A DNA stretch of 64,000 nucleotides from contig CAKZPI010000019.1 in the NCBI GenBank assembly GCA_937139155.1, forward strand, positions 21,776 to 85,775, written 5' to 3'. Origin of the DNA: an uncultured Flavobacteriales bacterium (GTDB lineage: Bacteria; Bacteroidota; Bacteroidia; Flavobacteriales; JBLHRE01). Each line of letters opens with the position of its first letter. Position 1 is the stretch's first letter. Both the position numbers and the translations under genes were made by a program. The notes beneath the pieces are model-generated. The model made no database searches, was not told where the DNA came from, and saw only the letters and a list, made by a program, of their open reading frames with translations. This document shows positions 26,694-34,930 of the stretch, piece after piece.

Positions 26694-28118
26694 ATGAGTC
26701 CGGGTTGGGTATTTTTAACCATTGCTTTGTATTTCCTAATGTTGGTGGGCATTTCTTTTCTGGTAGGAAGGAAATCTGACAATGCTACCTTCTTCCTAGG
26801 CAACAAGAAATCTCCTTGGTTTGTGGTGGCTTTCGGCATGATTGGAGCCTCCTTGAGCGGGGTTACTTTTATTTCGGTTCCTGGCTGGGTAGATGGGGCC
26901 GAGTTCTCATACATGCAAATGGTATTGGGCTACCTTGCTGGATATGCGGTGATTGCCTTGGTTTTAATGCCCCTTTATTATCGACTGAATTTGGTCAGCA
27001 TTTACCAGTACCTAGAGTCTAGGTTTGGCAGAAAAAGTTACCTAACGGGCTCAGGATTTTTCCTTTTGAGTCGAACCATAGGGGCCTCGTTTCGATTGTT
27101 CTTAGTGGCCAATGTTCTTCAAATCACCCTGTTTAACGCTTTAAACATTCCATTCTGGGTAACGGTTATGGTTACCATTTTGCTGATTTGGTTGTATACC
27201 TTCCGGTCTGGGATTCGAACCATTGTTTTTACAGATACCCTTCAGACCTTATTCATGCTGCTGGCTGTGGGTATTGCTATTGTAACCATCCAAAATAAAA
27301 TGGGACTTTCCTTTACGGGATTGGTAGATACCATTGAAACTTCTCCATACTCAAAATGGTTTTTCTGGGAGGACTGGGGAAGTCAAAAGCATTTTGTTCG
27401 ACAATTTTTTAGCGGGATGTTCATAACCATTGTAATGACTGGCCTTGATCAAGATATGATGCAGAAGAATTTAACCTGCCATAATATTAAGGATGCCCAG
27501 AAAAACATGCTTTGGTTTTCGGTTATTTTGGTGGTGGTAAACCTATGCTTTCTGAGTTTAGGAGCCCTTCTTTACCTGTATGCCGGGCAATCTGGTATTC
27601 AGGCAACGGGAGATGATTTATTTGCCGTAGTGGCTACCCAAGGAGACCTTGGAATGGTCTTGGGTATTTTCTTCATTTTAGGCTTGATTGCCGCCGCCTA
27701 TTCATCCGCTGACTCTGCCTTAACCTCTTTAACAACAGCTTTTTGTGTTGATTTTTTACGGGTGCAGATGAAGAGCTCTTCTACCGCTATTCGGGATCGA
27801 AAGATGGTTCATGTTGGATTCTCGGTTTTGCTCTTTCTGGTGATTTTAGTCTTTAGCATGATCAAGGATGAAAATGTGATTTCTGCTTTGTTTAGGGCGG
27901 CTGGTTATACCTACGGCCCACTCCTTGGCTTGTATTCTTTCGGACTCCTTACCAAAAGAAAGGTATTGGATGATTACGTGCCCTTTATTTGCCTTGCTTC
28001 ACCCATTATTTGGTATTTGCTCAACCTTCAGTTTCCAGAAACCTTTGGTTTTGAATTATTGATTTACAACGGAGCCACCACCTTTCTTGGCTTATTCTTA
28101 ATTTCGAGGTCGAAATAA
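26694..28118 (+). CDS. Sodium:solute symporter family transporter
   Basis: 474 aa with ~13 TM helices. The N-terminal FFLGNKKSPWFVVAFGMIGASLSGVTFISVPG pattern is typical of SSF transporters. Confidence 0.85.
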   Translation: MSPGWVFLTIALYFLMLVGISFLVGRKSDNATFFLGNKKSPWFVVAFGMIGASLSGVTFISVPGWVDGAEFSYMQMVLGYLAGYAVIALVLMPLYYRLNLVSIYQYLESRFGRKSYLTGSGFFLLSRTIGASFRLFLVANVLQITLFNALNIPFWVTVMVTILLIWLYTFRSGIRTIVFTDTLQTLFMLLAVGIAIVTIQNKMGLSFTGLVDTIETSPYSKWFFWEDWGSQKHFVRQFFSGMFITIVMTGLDQDMMQKNLTCHNIKDAQKNMLWFSVILVVVNLCFLSLGALLYLYAGQSGIQATGDDLFAVVATQGDLGMVLGIFFILGLIAAAYSSADSALTSLTTAFCVDFLRVQMKSSSTAIRDRKMVHVGFSVLLFLVILVFSMIKDENVISALFRAAGYTYGPLLGLYSFGLLTKRKVLDDYVPFICLASPIIWYLLNLQFPETFGFELLIYNGATTFLGLFLISRSK

Positions 28119-28139
28119 TTTCTAGAATACCCTTTGGCC

Positions 28140-28469
28140 ATGTATGTTTTTAAAACCCTTATTAGTTTTTTTAGAGACCCTGAGTATCGGTCTCTGCTTT
28201 TAACTACGGCCATTGTTTTAACCCTGGGCACGGTGGTTTATCATTATTTAGAAGAATGGACCTGGCTGGATTCTTTTTATTTTTCAATCATTACCCTAAC
28301 CACCATAGGCTACGGCGATTTTTCACCACAAACCGATGAGGGTAAGCTATTCACCATCTTCTATATTATAATAGGAGTTGGAATTATCTTAAGCTTCATA
28401 AATACCGTTTACAACCATTACTTGAAGAACTCTAAGTACAATGGGAAACGGAAATATGATTCTGATTGA
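28140..28469 (+). CDS. Minimal two-TM potassium channel
   Basis: 109 aa from ATG 28140 (the track starts at TTG 28134). The layout is TM1, pore helix plus selectivity filter TLTTIGYGDFSP, TM2, and only a ~20-aa tail with no RCK or other gating domain. Confidence 0.8.
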   Translation: MYVFKTLISFFRDPEYRSLLLTTAIVLTLGTVVYHYLEEWTWLDSFYFSIITLTTIGYGDFSPQTDEGKLFTIFYIIIGVGIILSFINTVYNHYLKNSKYNGKRKYDSD

Positions 28470-29258
28470 CTAGAATAGGGTGTTTAGCTCTTGGTAGAAA
28501 TAGGGCTGAATGGCTGCGGCTTGGTTTCCAACGGCATTTTTACCCCGCAAGGAGGGAACAGGATAAGCCTCTAAATCATGGTTTGCCTTGGCCGACCAAG
28601 AGTATATTTTTTCAAAATCTTCTTCATTCATGGGTTGGGTTAACCAATCAACCGCCATTTCATCTGAAATCATAAGGGGCATTCTCGGACCCTTCATCTT
28701 GGGGTTGTTGTGAATTTCGGCCATTTTTTGGTTCCCTTCAACGGTAAGAATTGCAAAGGTTTTCAGGCTTTCGCCGGATTCGTCCTCCCATTCATCCCAA
28801 ACAACGGCTAGTTTTAGTCCCTCACCTTTGGCATTTTTAATTCGATGCGGGAAGGTTTTTTTATTGCGATGGTGGTGTTCAAAAAAGGATTCAACGGGAA
28901 GGATTCCTTTGTTTCCGGATTGGATGGCTGCGTAGGAAGGTTTTTCAAAGGCGGTTTCTGAACGGGCGTTAAGGGTGCCATTCCAGAGTTTGTGGGCTTG
29001 TTCTTTGTTTTCAACCCAATGAGGAATCAAGCCCCAGGTCATGGGCTCCAATCGTAATTTCCGATTTTTATACAGGATAACCCCTAATTCAGGATGTTGA
29101 AACCCGCTTAGGTGATAGTAATGGTCAGGACCATCCTGGTCTCTTTTCCGAATCCGCTCTAGGTCTTCCTCCAATTCTGAGACTTCCTGTTCAGGAGCCT
29201 TTAGTTTCTTGGCCTCCCGAATCAAGCGTTCATACCCATACTCTAAATCGTAACACAT
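28470..29258 (-). CDS. SOS response-associated peptidase (SRAP/YedK family)
   Basis: 262 aa. The N-terminal Met-Cys (catalytic Cys2) and the MTWGLIPHWV motif are typical of SRAP abasic-site processing proteins. Confidence 0.8.
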   Translation of the reverse strand: MCYDLEYGYERLIREAKKLKAPEQEVSELEEDLERIRKRDQDGPDHYYHLSGFQHPELGVILYKNRKLRLEPMTWGLIPHWVENKEQAHKLWNGTLNARSETAFEKPSYAAIQSGNKGILPVESFFEHHHRNKKTFPHRIKNAKGEGLKLAVVWDEWEDESGESLKTFAILTVEGNQKMAEIHNNPKMKGPRMPLMISDEMAVDWLTQPMNEEDFEKIYSWSAKANHDLEAYPVPSLRGKNAVGNQAAAIQPYFYQELNTLF

Positions 29259-29995
29259 TATCCTCCATCTCCATCTTGATGAGCAAAGACTTCTTTCAAT
29301 AGATCTGTAACTCGGGCCCCAGGATTGTTCCGAATCTTCGCTTCTTCCTGCGAAAGCAATAAGAAAAGACCTTCCATAGCTTCTTGGGTTACATAAGCCT
29401 CCAAATTCGGATTGATGTCATCGGTCATGGGCAGTCCGTTGTAAGTGGTCACAATCGGATTCCAATACTTGGTTACCTGAACCTTTTGAAGGGCCTGAGA
29501 AATAACTGGAAGGAAGGCCGCTTCTAATTTGGCCGAAGTTTTGGATTTTAAGTAAGCCGTTGCGGCATCGTCATCTCCTTTGAGAATAGTCAAGGCATCT
29601 GTGATGCTCATTTCTTTGATGGCATCCACAAAAATAGGAGCAGCTTTTTTGGAAGCCTCCTCGGCACCTGCGTTTAAGGTATTTACAAACTTATCTACCG
29701 TTCCGCCCATGCCCAAGGCTCTTAATTTGGTTTCTACATTGGCCACTTCAGGCGGGAAGGGTATTTTGATGAGCGGATTGTTTATGAATCCGCCAGAAGA
29801 GGAAGCAGAGCTGGCCGCATTTTGAATTCCAATTCTCAGGGCTTCTTTTAATCCCTCTCCAGCTTTTTCTTGACTTAAAGCCTGTCCTTGATAATCTTCA
29901 ACCGCTTCTAAAACATCGTTTAGATTTACGCTTCCGCAGGATGGAAGCAGAAGACTTAAGCTAAGAAAGCCTCCTATAATGTGAATTCGTTTCAT
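29258..29995 (-). CDS. DUF4197-like lipoprotein
   Basis: 245 aa with lipoprotein signal (LSLLLPSCGS) and a helical body with LKEALRIGIQNA and FINNPLIKIPFPPE segments that I associate with DUF4197. Its stop overlaps the SRAP start (TAATG). Confidence 0.6.
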   Translation of the reverse strand: MKRIHIIGGFLSLSLLLPSCGSVNLNDVLEAVEDYQGQALSQEKAGEGLKEALRIGIQNAASSASSSGGFINNPLIKIPFPPEVANVETKLRALGMGGTVDKFVNTLNAGAEEASKKAAPIFVDAIKEMSITDALTILKGDDDAATAYLKSKTSAKLEAAFLPVISQALQKVQVTKYWNPIVTTYNGLPMTDDINPNLEAYVTQEAMEGLFLLLSQEEAKIRNNPGARVTDLLKEVFAHQDGDGG

Positions 29996-30027
29996 TCTTA
30001 CGTTATTTGAGGTCTAAATTAAACCAA

Positions 30028-31281
30028 ATGCGTGCCAGAATCATAACCATAGGCGATGAAATTTTAAATGGTCAAACCCTTGACTCTAATTCTCAGTGGA
30101 TTAGCCTTAAAATGGCCGAGTTATCGGTTCAGGTGGTTGAAGCAACCGCCATTGCAGACACCAAGGAAGCCATTGTGAAAGCCTTGGATGAATCGGTGGG
30201 AAAGTACGATTGGATCTTTATGACCGGAGGCTTGGGTCCGACCAAAGACGATATTACCAAGTTAACCTTAGCAGATTATTTCCAGTCAGAAATGGTTTTT
30301 GTTCAAGAGGCATGGGATCACATCGTGGAGCTTTTTGAAAAGCGAGGAAGACCTGTAGCTAAAGCCAATAAAGGCCAGGCAGATGTTCCAGAGAAGTCTA
30401 CCTACCTACCCAACCGGGCAGGAACGGCCCCAGGAATGTTGTTTGAAGAAAAGGGCAGTAGGCTGGTATCAATGCCTGGGGTGCCCTATGAGATGAAGTA
30501 TATCATGCGCCACCACATTTTGCCCAAGGTGGAAGAGGAAATCAAGGGTAAAATAATAAACCGGCATTTCCGAACCGTGGGCATTCCTGAGTCAATTCTC
30601 GCTGATCGACTTGAAGATTTTGAGGAGAGCCTTCCTGAATTTATCCGAATGGCCTATTTGCCCAGTCCGGGGCAGGTAAAATTGAGATTAACGGCTCGCG
30701 GAGAAAATGGAGAGAATTTAAAGGAGGCCCTAGATCATGCTGAAAAAGAGCTTAGAAAGGATTTAGGAAACGATCTGGCAGGAAATACAGAGGCTCAGTT
30801 GGCCCATATTGTGGGCGAACTGCTGAAGGCAAGTGGAAAAACTTTATCGGTGGCAGAGTCATGCACTGGAGGAAGCATTGGTCAGGCATTGGTTGCGGAA
30901 GCCGGAGCCTCAGCTTTTTTTGAAGGAGGTGTAATAGCGTATTCGTATGCTGCTAAATCTGACATTTTAGGAGTAAACCCAGAAACCATAAAAACGGAAG
31001 GAGCCGTTTCAGAGTCGGTTGTAAAAGCCATGGCAGAAGGGGTGAGGGATAAATTCAAATCTGATTTCGCCCTTGCAACCTCTGGAGTTGCAGGTCCGGA
31101 AGGCGGAACAGAAGACAAGCCCGTAGGCACTGTATGGATGGCCATGGCTGGAGATTTTGAAACCGTAGCCGTACAACATCATTTCTTCAAAAATCGAAAG
31201 CTGAACATTGAACTTACCGTTGTTTCTGCCTTAGATATGCTGAGAAGGAAGCTGGTTTCGGAGCAGGAAGTAATCGTATGA
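30028..31281 (+). CDS. cinA: CinA family protein (MoCF-like domain + nicotinamide-nucleotide amidase PncC domain)
   Basis: ATG 30028 gives 417 aa with IITIGDEILNGQTLDSNS, TGGLGPTKDDIT, and in the C-domain SVAESCTGG and TSGVAGPEGG. Confidence 0.9.
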   Translation: MRARIITIGDEILNGQTLDSNSQWISLKMAELSVQVVEATAIADTKEAIVKALDESVGKYDWIFMTGGLGPTKDDITKLTLADYFQSEMVFVQEAWDHIVELFEKRGRPVAKANKGQADVPEKSTYLPNRAGTAPGMLFEEKGSRLVSMPGVPYEMKYIMRHHILPKVEEEIKGKIINRHFRTVGIPESILADRLEDFEESLPEFIRMAYLPSPGQVKLRLTARGENGENLKEALDHAEKELRKDLGNDLAGNTEAQLAHIVGELLKASGKTLSVAESCTGGSIGQALVAEAGASAFFEGGVIAYSYAAKSDILGVNPETIKTEGAVSESVVKAMAEGVRDKFKSDFALATSGVAGPEGGTEDKPVGTVWMAMAGDFETVAVQHHFFKNRKLNIELTVVSALDMLRRKLVSEQEVIV

Positions 31282-31460
31282 TGCAAATATTTGGGGGCAG
31301 AACGAATAATACCCTAGGCTGTTTATTGCTCATATTGGGTTTCGTATTCATGGGCATTTTGGCAACCCTTTCCTTCCTGGTTTTTAATTTTTTCTAAACC
31401 CGTTAAGAACTAAATAGGAGGGAAGGCCCTTAATAAAGAAGCCAAACCCTAAATAAAGGC

Positions 31461-31491
31461 TTGTTGAATTAAAATATATTTCAGACTTTTG
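31461..31491 (+). promoter_or_regulatory. Promoter candidate of rpmB
   Basis: TTG at 31461-31463 or 31464-31466 precedes a near-consensus -7 box GACTTTTG (31484-31491), followed by a GC-rich CGCCC. Confidence 0.4.
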
Positions 31492-31531
31492 CGCCCTTGT
31501 AAAAAGCAGACCATAATATTCAATCAGAGTC

Positions 31532-31765
31532 ATGTCTAGAGTTTGTCAAATCACCGGAAAGAAGGCCATGGTAGGTAACCATGTATCGCATTCAAATCAT
31601 AAAACCAAGCGTCGTTTTGAGATCAATTTGACCAAAAAGCGCTTTTATGTACCAGAAGAAGACAAGTGGGTAACCCTTCGGGTTTCCACCGCTGGAATCA
31701 AAACCATCAATAAGATTGGCATTACAGAAGCTCTTAAAAGAGCCAAGGCCAGCGGATTGGTTTAA
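31532..31765 (+). CDS. rpmB: 50S ribosomal protein L28
   Basis: 77 aa, MSRVCQITGKKAMVGNHVSHSNHKTKRRF. Confidence 0.95.
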   Translation: MSRVCQITGKKAMVGNHVSHSNHKTKRRFEINLTKKRFYVPEEDKWVTLRVSTAGIKTINKIGITEALKRAKASGLV

Positions 31766-31779
31766 TTCTTATATTATTT

Positions 31780-31815
31780 ACCGTCATCCCTTTAAGGTTG
31801 GCGGTTTTTTTTTTT
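31780..31815 (+). terminator. Intrinsic terminator directly after rpmB
   Basis: Stem ACCGTCA (31780-31786) / TGGCGGT (31799-31805) includes one G-U pair and is followed by an 11-nt T-run (31805-31815, sharing the last stem T). Confidence 0.8.
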
Positions 31816-31836
31816 GAAACAATCATTAGAACAATT

Positions 31837-32661
31837 ATGAAACTAAAAGGATTTTTTGCGGCAGCCGTTGCCGTTCTTGCCCTAACAAGTGCTTGTAAAG
31901 AAGACCCAGTTGACCCATGTGCGGATGCAACTGTAAACTTTGACCTTACCGCCAATGATGGCATGGTTCACGTTCACGTTACTACCCCTGGTATTACCAA
32001 TGTAAGTGTAGATTTCGGTGATGGAACCGTTGTTGATTCTACCCACGCCATGCATACCTATTCAAATGCAGATGCGTCTTATACCATCAAGGTTACTGCA
32101 AATGTAGGTGAGTGCTCGGTAATGGCTACTGAAACGTATTCTACTACCTTCGTTCCCTTTACGGTTGGGTATTTGTCTGTAGGAAACCAATCAAAGTATT
32201 TGGTTGAACTTCCTTCCTTCCAAATTACCGACACCATGGTAGTGGATGTAATTTCTGAGAACCTTGATATTTACAACCGTCGCTCAGAGTTTTTAGGAAC
32301 TTTAGGAGGATTCATTGCTCCGGATACAAGTTCAACTCAGATCGTTGGAGATTCATTGTATGAATTTGATACCGATGAAACCTATATGGATGGAAGCATT
32401 GTAGTAGTTCGTGACTTGGAAGTTGGGGCCACTTGGAGCAATCCTCAAGACACTACAACCAGCTTAGTAGTTGCAACAGAAGAGCCAGTTAACCTTCCGA
32501 TGGGAATTCTTCCATCTGTGAAAATTGCTCAATTCCGCTCGGACGGCGCAAGTCAAGATACAGTTTGGTTATTCTATAGCCACGACCTAGGATTGCTTCG
32601 CCAAGAAGCAACCATTAACGGAAATGCATTTACTACTTCATTGGTTTCTACCAATTTCTAG
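31837..32661 (+). CDS. Lipoprotein with PKD-like N-terminal domain
   Basis: ATG 31837 gives 274 aa; the track start at 31798 lies inside the rpmB terminator. It has a lipobox (LALTSAC) and a PKD-type segment (VDFGDGTVVDSTHAMHTYSNADASYTIKVTA). The C-terminal ~170 aa are unassigned. Confidence 0.7.
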   Translation: MKLKGFFAAAVAVLALTSACKEDPVDPCADATVNFDLTANDGMVHVHVTTPGITNVSVDFGDGTVVDSTHAMHTYSNADASYTIKVTANVGECSVMATETYSTTFVPFTVGYLSVGNQSKYLVELPSFQITDTMVVDVISENLDIYNRRSEFLGTLGGFIAPDTSSTQIVGDSLYEFDTDETYMDGSIVVVRDLEVGATWSNPQDTTTSLVVATEEPVNLPMGILPSVKIAQFRSDGASQDTVWLFYSHDLGLLRQEATINGNAFTTSLVSTNF

Positions 32662-32684
32662 TAAACTTTAAATTATATCAAAAA

Positions 32685-32711
32685 GCCTGTCATTCCGACG
32701 GGCTTTTTTTT
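32685..32711 (+). terminator. Intrinsic terminator after the PKD lipoprotein gene
   Basis: Stem GCCTGTC/GACGGGC (one G-U pair) encloses the loop ATTCC, is flanked by A5 upstream and is followed by T8. Confidence 0.85.
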
Positions 32712-32807
32712 GCACCAATCATTTTGGACCTAAGCGGAAAGGGAAATAAAAACCCAGTTTCTTCTAATCTATATTTTATACCTTTTCCGGCCCATTTTAA
32801 TTTATCT

Positions 32808-34448
32808 ATGAAGAAAAGATTTGCCTTTATTTTCATCGCAATACTAGGCTTTACTGCGGTGCATGCTCAGAATTTCACAAAAGCTGATAGTTTACGAGGA
32901 ATGCTTCGCTACGAGCGATCTTGTTACGATGTCCATTATTATGAATTAAACCTAGACTTCAACCTTGAAGAGAAGTTTATTTCCGGTAGGGTAGACATGC
33001 ACTTCAATGTGAAGAAACCCACAAATCTTATCCAGGTTGACCTTTATGAAAACATGAGCTTAGATAAGGTGATGTGGGGTCAAATTCCTTTGAGTTTTAA
33101 ACGTGAGGAAAATGCGGTTTGGGTTCATTTTCCAAACCCATTAAGTTCGGGATCGAACCAGAGCATCCGCATGTATTACCATGGGAATCCAACCATTGCT
33201 AAAAATGCTCCTTGGGATGGGGGTTTTGTTTTCAGCAAGGATTCCGAGGGAAAGCCTTTCGTAGGAGTGGCCTGCGAAGGGGATGGAGCGAGTTTGTGGT
33301 GGCCAAACAAAGATCACCTAAGCGATGAGCCCGATTCCATGCGTATCTCAGGAACCGTTCCCGAGGATTTAATGTTTGTTAGCAATGGAAACCTAGAGAG
33401 AACCCATTCATCCGGCGAAAGCCCAAAAAAGACCTTTACCTGGAAAGTAAATTACCCAATTAATAATTACAATGTAACCGCCTGCATTGCCAATTACGTG
33501 CATTTTTCAGACACCTATACCGGGGCCAAGGGCGCCTTGAAACTGGATTATTACGTGCTGCCTGAAAACGAGGCTAAGGCCCGAAAGCAATTTGAGCAAG
33601 TTAAACCCATGTTAGAGGTTTATGAAAAATATTTCGGTCCATACCCATTCTGGAAGGATGGTTTTGCCCTGGTAGAAACCCCTTATTTGGGAATGGAGCA
33701 TCAAAGCGCCATTGCCTACGGAAACCAATACAAACCGGGGTATCTAGGAATGCACCCTCCCGGGGTTGATTTTGATTACATCATCATTCATGAAACAGGG
33801 CATGAGTATTGGGGGAATCACGTAAGCATGAAAGACATTGCTGATATGTGGATCCACGAGTCGTTCTGCACCTATTCTGAATCTGTTTTTGTGGAAGGTA
33901 CAATGGGATATGAAGAAGCAGTGAAATACTTGAAGTATCAGATGAACTTCATTACCAATGCCTCCCCAATCATGGGCACGCACGGAATGAACCAGCCTGG
34001 AAATGGAACCGATATGTACTATAAAGGAGCCTGGATGCTCCATACCATTCGTTCGGTCATCAACAACGATGAAGTTTGGTGGTCTCTGCTTCGAGGAATA
34101 CAAGATGAATTTGGGATGAAAACCGTTACCGGAGATGAAATCATTGAATACTGCAGCCAAAAAGCAGGAATTGAGCTCGATTACATCTTCTATCAATACC
34201 TGAACCGCCCGAAACCCCCAAGGCTTGAATATAAAATTGAAAAGAAATTTGGGAAAGCCATCTTGCATTTCCGCTGGAACGATACCCAAACGGATTTCGT
34301 GATGCCAATGGACTTACTGATTGATGGCGAGCGAGTTAGGATTCGGCCATTCACCACTTGGCAAAGCATTGAACTTAAGAAATCACAGGTGGATAAGCTT
34401 GCTTGGGATACCGACCGGTTCTATGTAAAGCCCCTTGAAGTGAAATAA
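32808..34448 (+). CDS. M1 family zinc metallopeptidase (aminopeptidase N-like), secreted
   Basis: ATG 32808 gives 546 aa with a signal peptide, GMEHQ (GxMEN variant), HETGHEYWGN (HExxH) and a downstream WIHESF glutamate. Confidence 0.85.
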   Translation: MKKRFAFIFIAILGFTAVHAQNFTKADSLRGMLRYERSCYDVHYYELNLDFNLEEKFISGRVDMHFNVKKPTNLIQVDLYENMSLDKVMWGQIPLSFKREENAVWVHFPNPLSSGSNQSIRMYYHGNPTIAKNAPWDGGFVFSKDSEGKPFVGVACEGDGASLWWPNKDHLSDEPDSMRISGTVPEDLMFVSNGNLERTHSSGESPKKTFTWKVNYPINNYNVTACIANYVHFSDTYTGAKGALKLDYYVLPENEAKARKQFEQVKPMLEVYEKYFGPYPFWKDGFALVETPYLGMEHQSAIAYGNQYKPGYLGMHPPGVDFDYIIIHETGHEYWGNHVSMKDIADMWIHESFCTYSESVFVEGTMGYEEAVKYLKYQMNFITNASPIMGTHGMNQPGNGTDMYYKGAWMLHTIRSVINNDEVWWSLLRGIQDEFGMKTVTGDEIIEYCSQKAGIELDYIFYQYLNRPKPPRLEYKIEKKFGKAILHFRWNDTQTDFVMPMDLLIDGERVRIRPFTTWQSIELKKSQVDKLAWDTDRFYVKPLEVK

Positions 34449-34460
34449 TTTTTTATTGGC

Positions 34461-34491
34461 TTGTGTAAAGCTTAAACATGTATTATTTTTG
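34461..34491 (+). promoter_or_regulatory. Bacteroidota-type promoter of rpmG-DUF4295
   Basis: TTG at 34461-34463 is followed by a 20-nt spacer and TATTTTTG at 34484-34491, 23 nt upstream of the rpmG ATG. Confidence 0.6.
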
Positions 34492-34514
34492 CAGCCTCAA
34501 AAAACCGATAAGCA

Positions 34515-34697
34515 ATGGCGAAAAAAGGAAACCGGGTACAGGTGATTATGGAGTGCACCGAGCATAAAGATAGCGGCATGCCCGGAACCTCACGGTATAT
34601 CACCACCAAGAACAAGAAAAATACTCCCGATCGTATGGAGTTGAAAAAGTATAATCCAATCTTGAAGCGTGTCACTGTACACCGCGAGATTAAATAA
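34515..34697 (+). CDS. rpmG: 50S ribosomal protein L33
   Basis: 60 aa, [18 protein letters not shown]...[21 protein letters not shown]. Confidence 0.95.
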   Translation: MAKKGNRVQVIMECTEHKDSGMPGTSRYITTKNKKNTPDRMELKKYNPILKRVTVHREIK

Positions 34698-34705
34698 GGG
34701 AAACC

Positions 34706-34861
34706 ATGGCAAAGAAAGTAGTAGCGACCCTTCAGAAAGGTGAATCAAAGAACTATACCAAAGTGATTAAGATGGTGAAATCAGAAAAATCTGGTTCATA
34801 CGCTTTTCGCGAGGAAATGGTAACAAAGGATAAAGTGAACGACTTCTTCAGTAAGAAGTAA
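34706..34861 (+). CDS. DUF4295-like small basic protein
   Basis: This 51-aa ORF is not in the track (under 60 aa): MAKKVVATLQKGESKNYTKVIKMVKSEKSGSYAFREEMVTKDKVNDFFSKK. It starts 8 nt after rpmG and is followed by a strong terminator. Its position and composition match the small protein that follows rpmG in Bacteroidota. Confidence 0.75.
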   Translation: MAKKVVATLQKGESKNYTKVIKMVKSEKSGSYAFREEMVTKDKVNDFFSKK

Positions 34862-34869
34862 TTTCATAA

Positions 34870-34903
34870 TTGAACATTCTTAAAAAGCTTCTTTCTATCT
34901 TTG
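34870..34903 (+). promoter_or_regulatory. Promoter candidate of ftsY embedded in the upstream terminator
   Basis: TTG at 34870-34872 is followed by a 23-nt spacer and TATCTTTG at 34896-34903, inside the terminator loop and 3' arm. It lies 27 nt upstream of ATG 34931. Confidence 0.35.
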
Positions 34904-34918
34904 AAAGAAGCTTTTTTT
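34885..34918 (+). terminator. Intrinsic terminator after rpmG-DUF4295
   Basis: A perfect 11-bp stem AAGCTTCTTTC (34885-34895) / GAAAGAAGCTT (34903-34913) is followed by T-run through 34918, 13 nt before the ftsY ATG. Confidence 0.85.
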
Positions 34919-34930
34919 ATATCCAAAATC

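Noticed and set aside
33744-34289. A 181-aa minus-strand ORF antisense to the M1 peptidase gene.
   Set aside because: It lies opposite the HExxH catalytic region of a well-supported gene and has no independent support.
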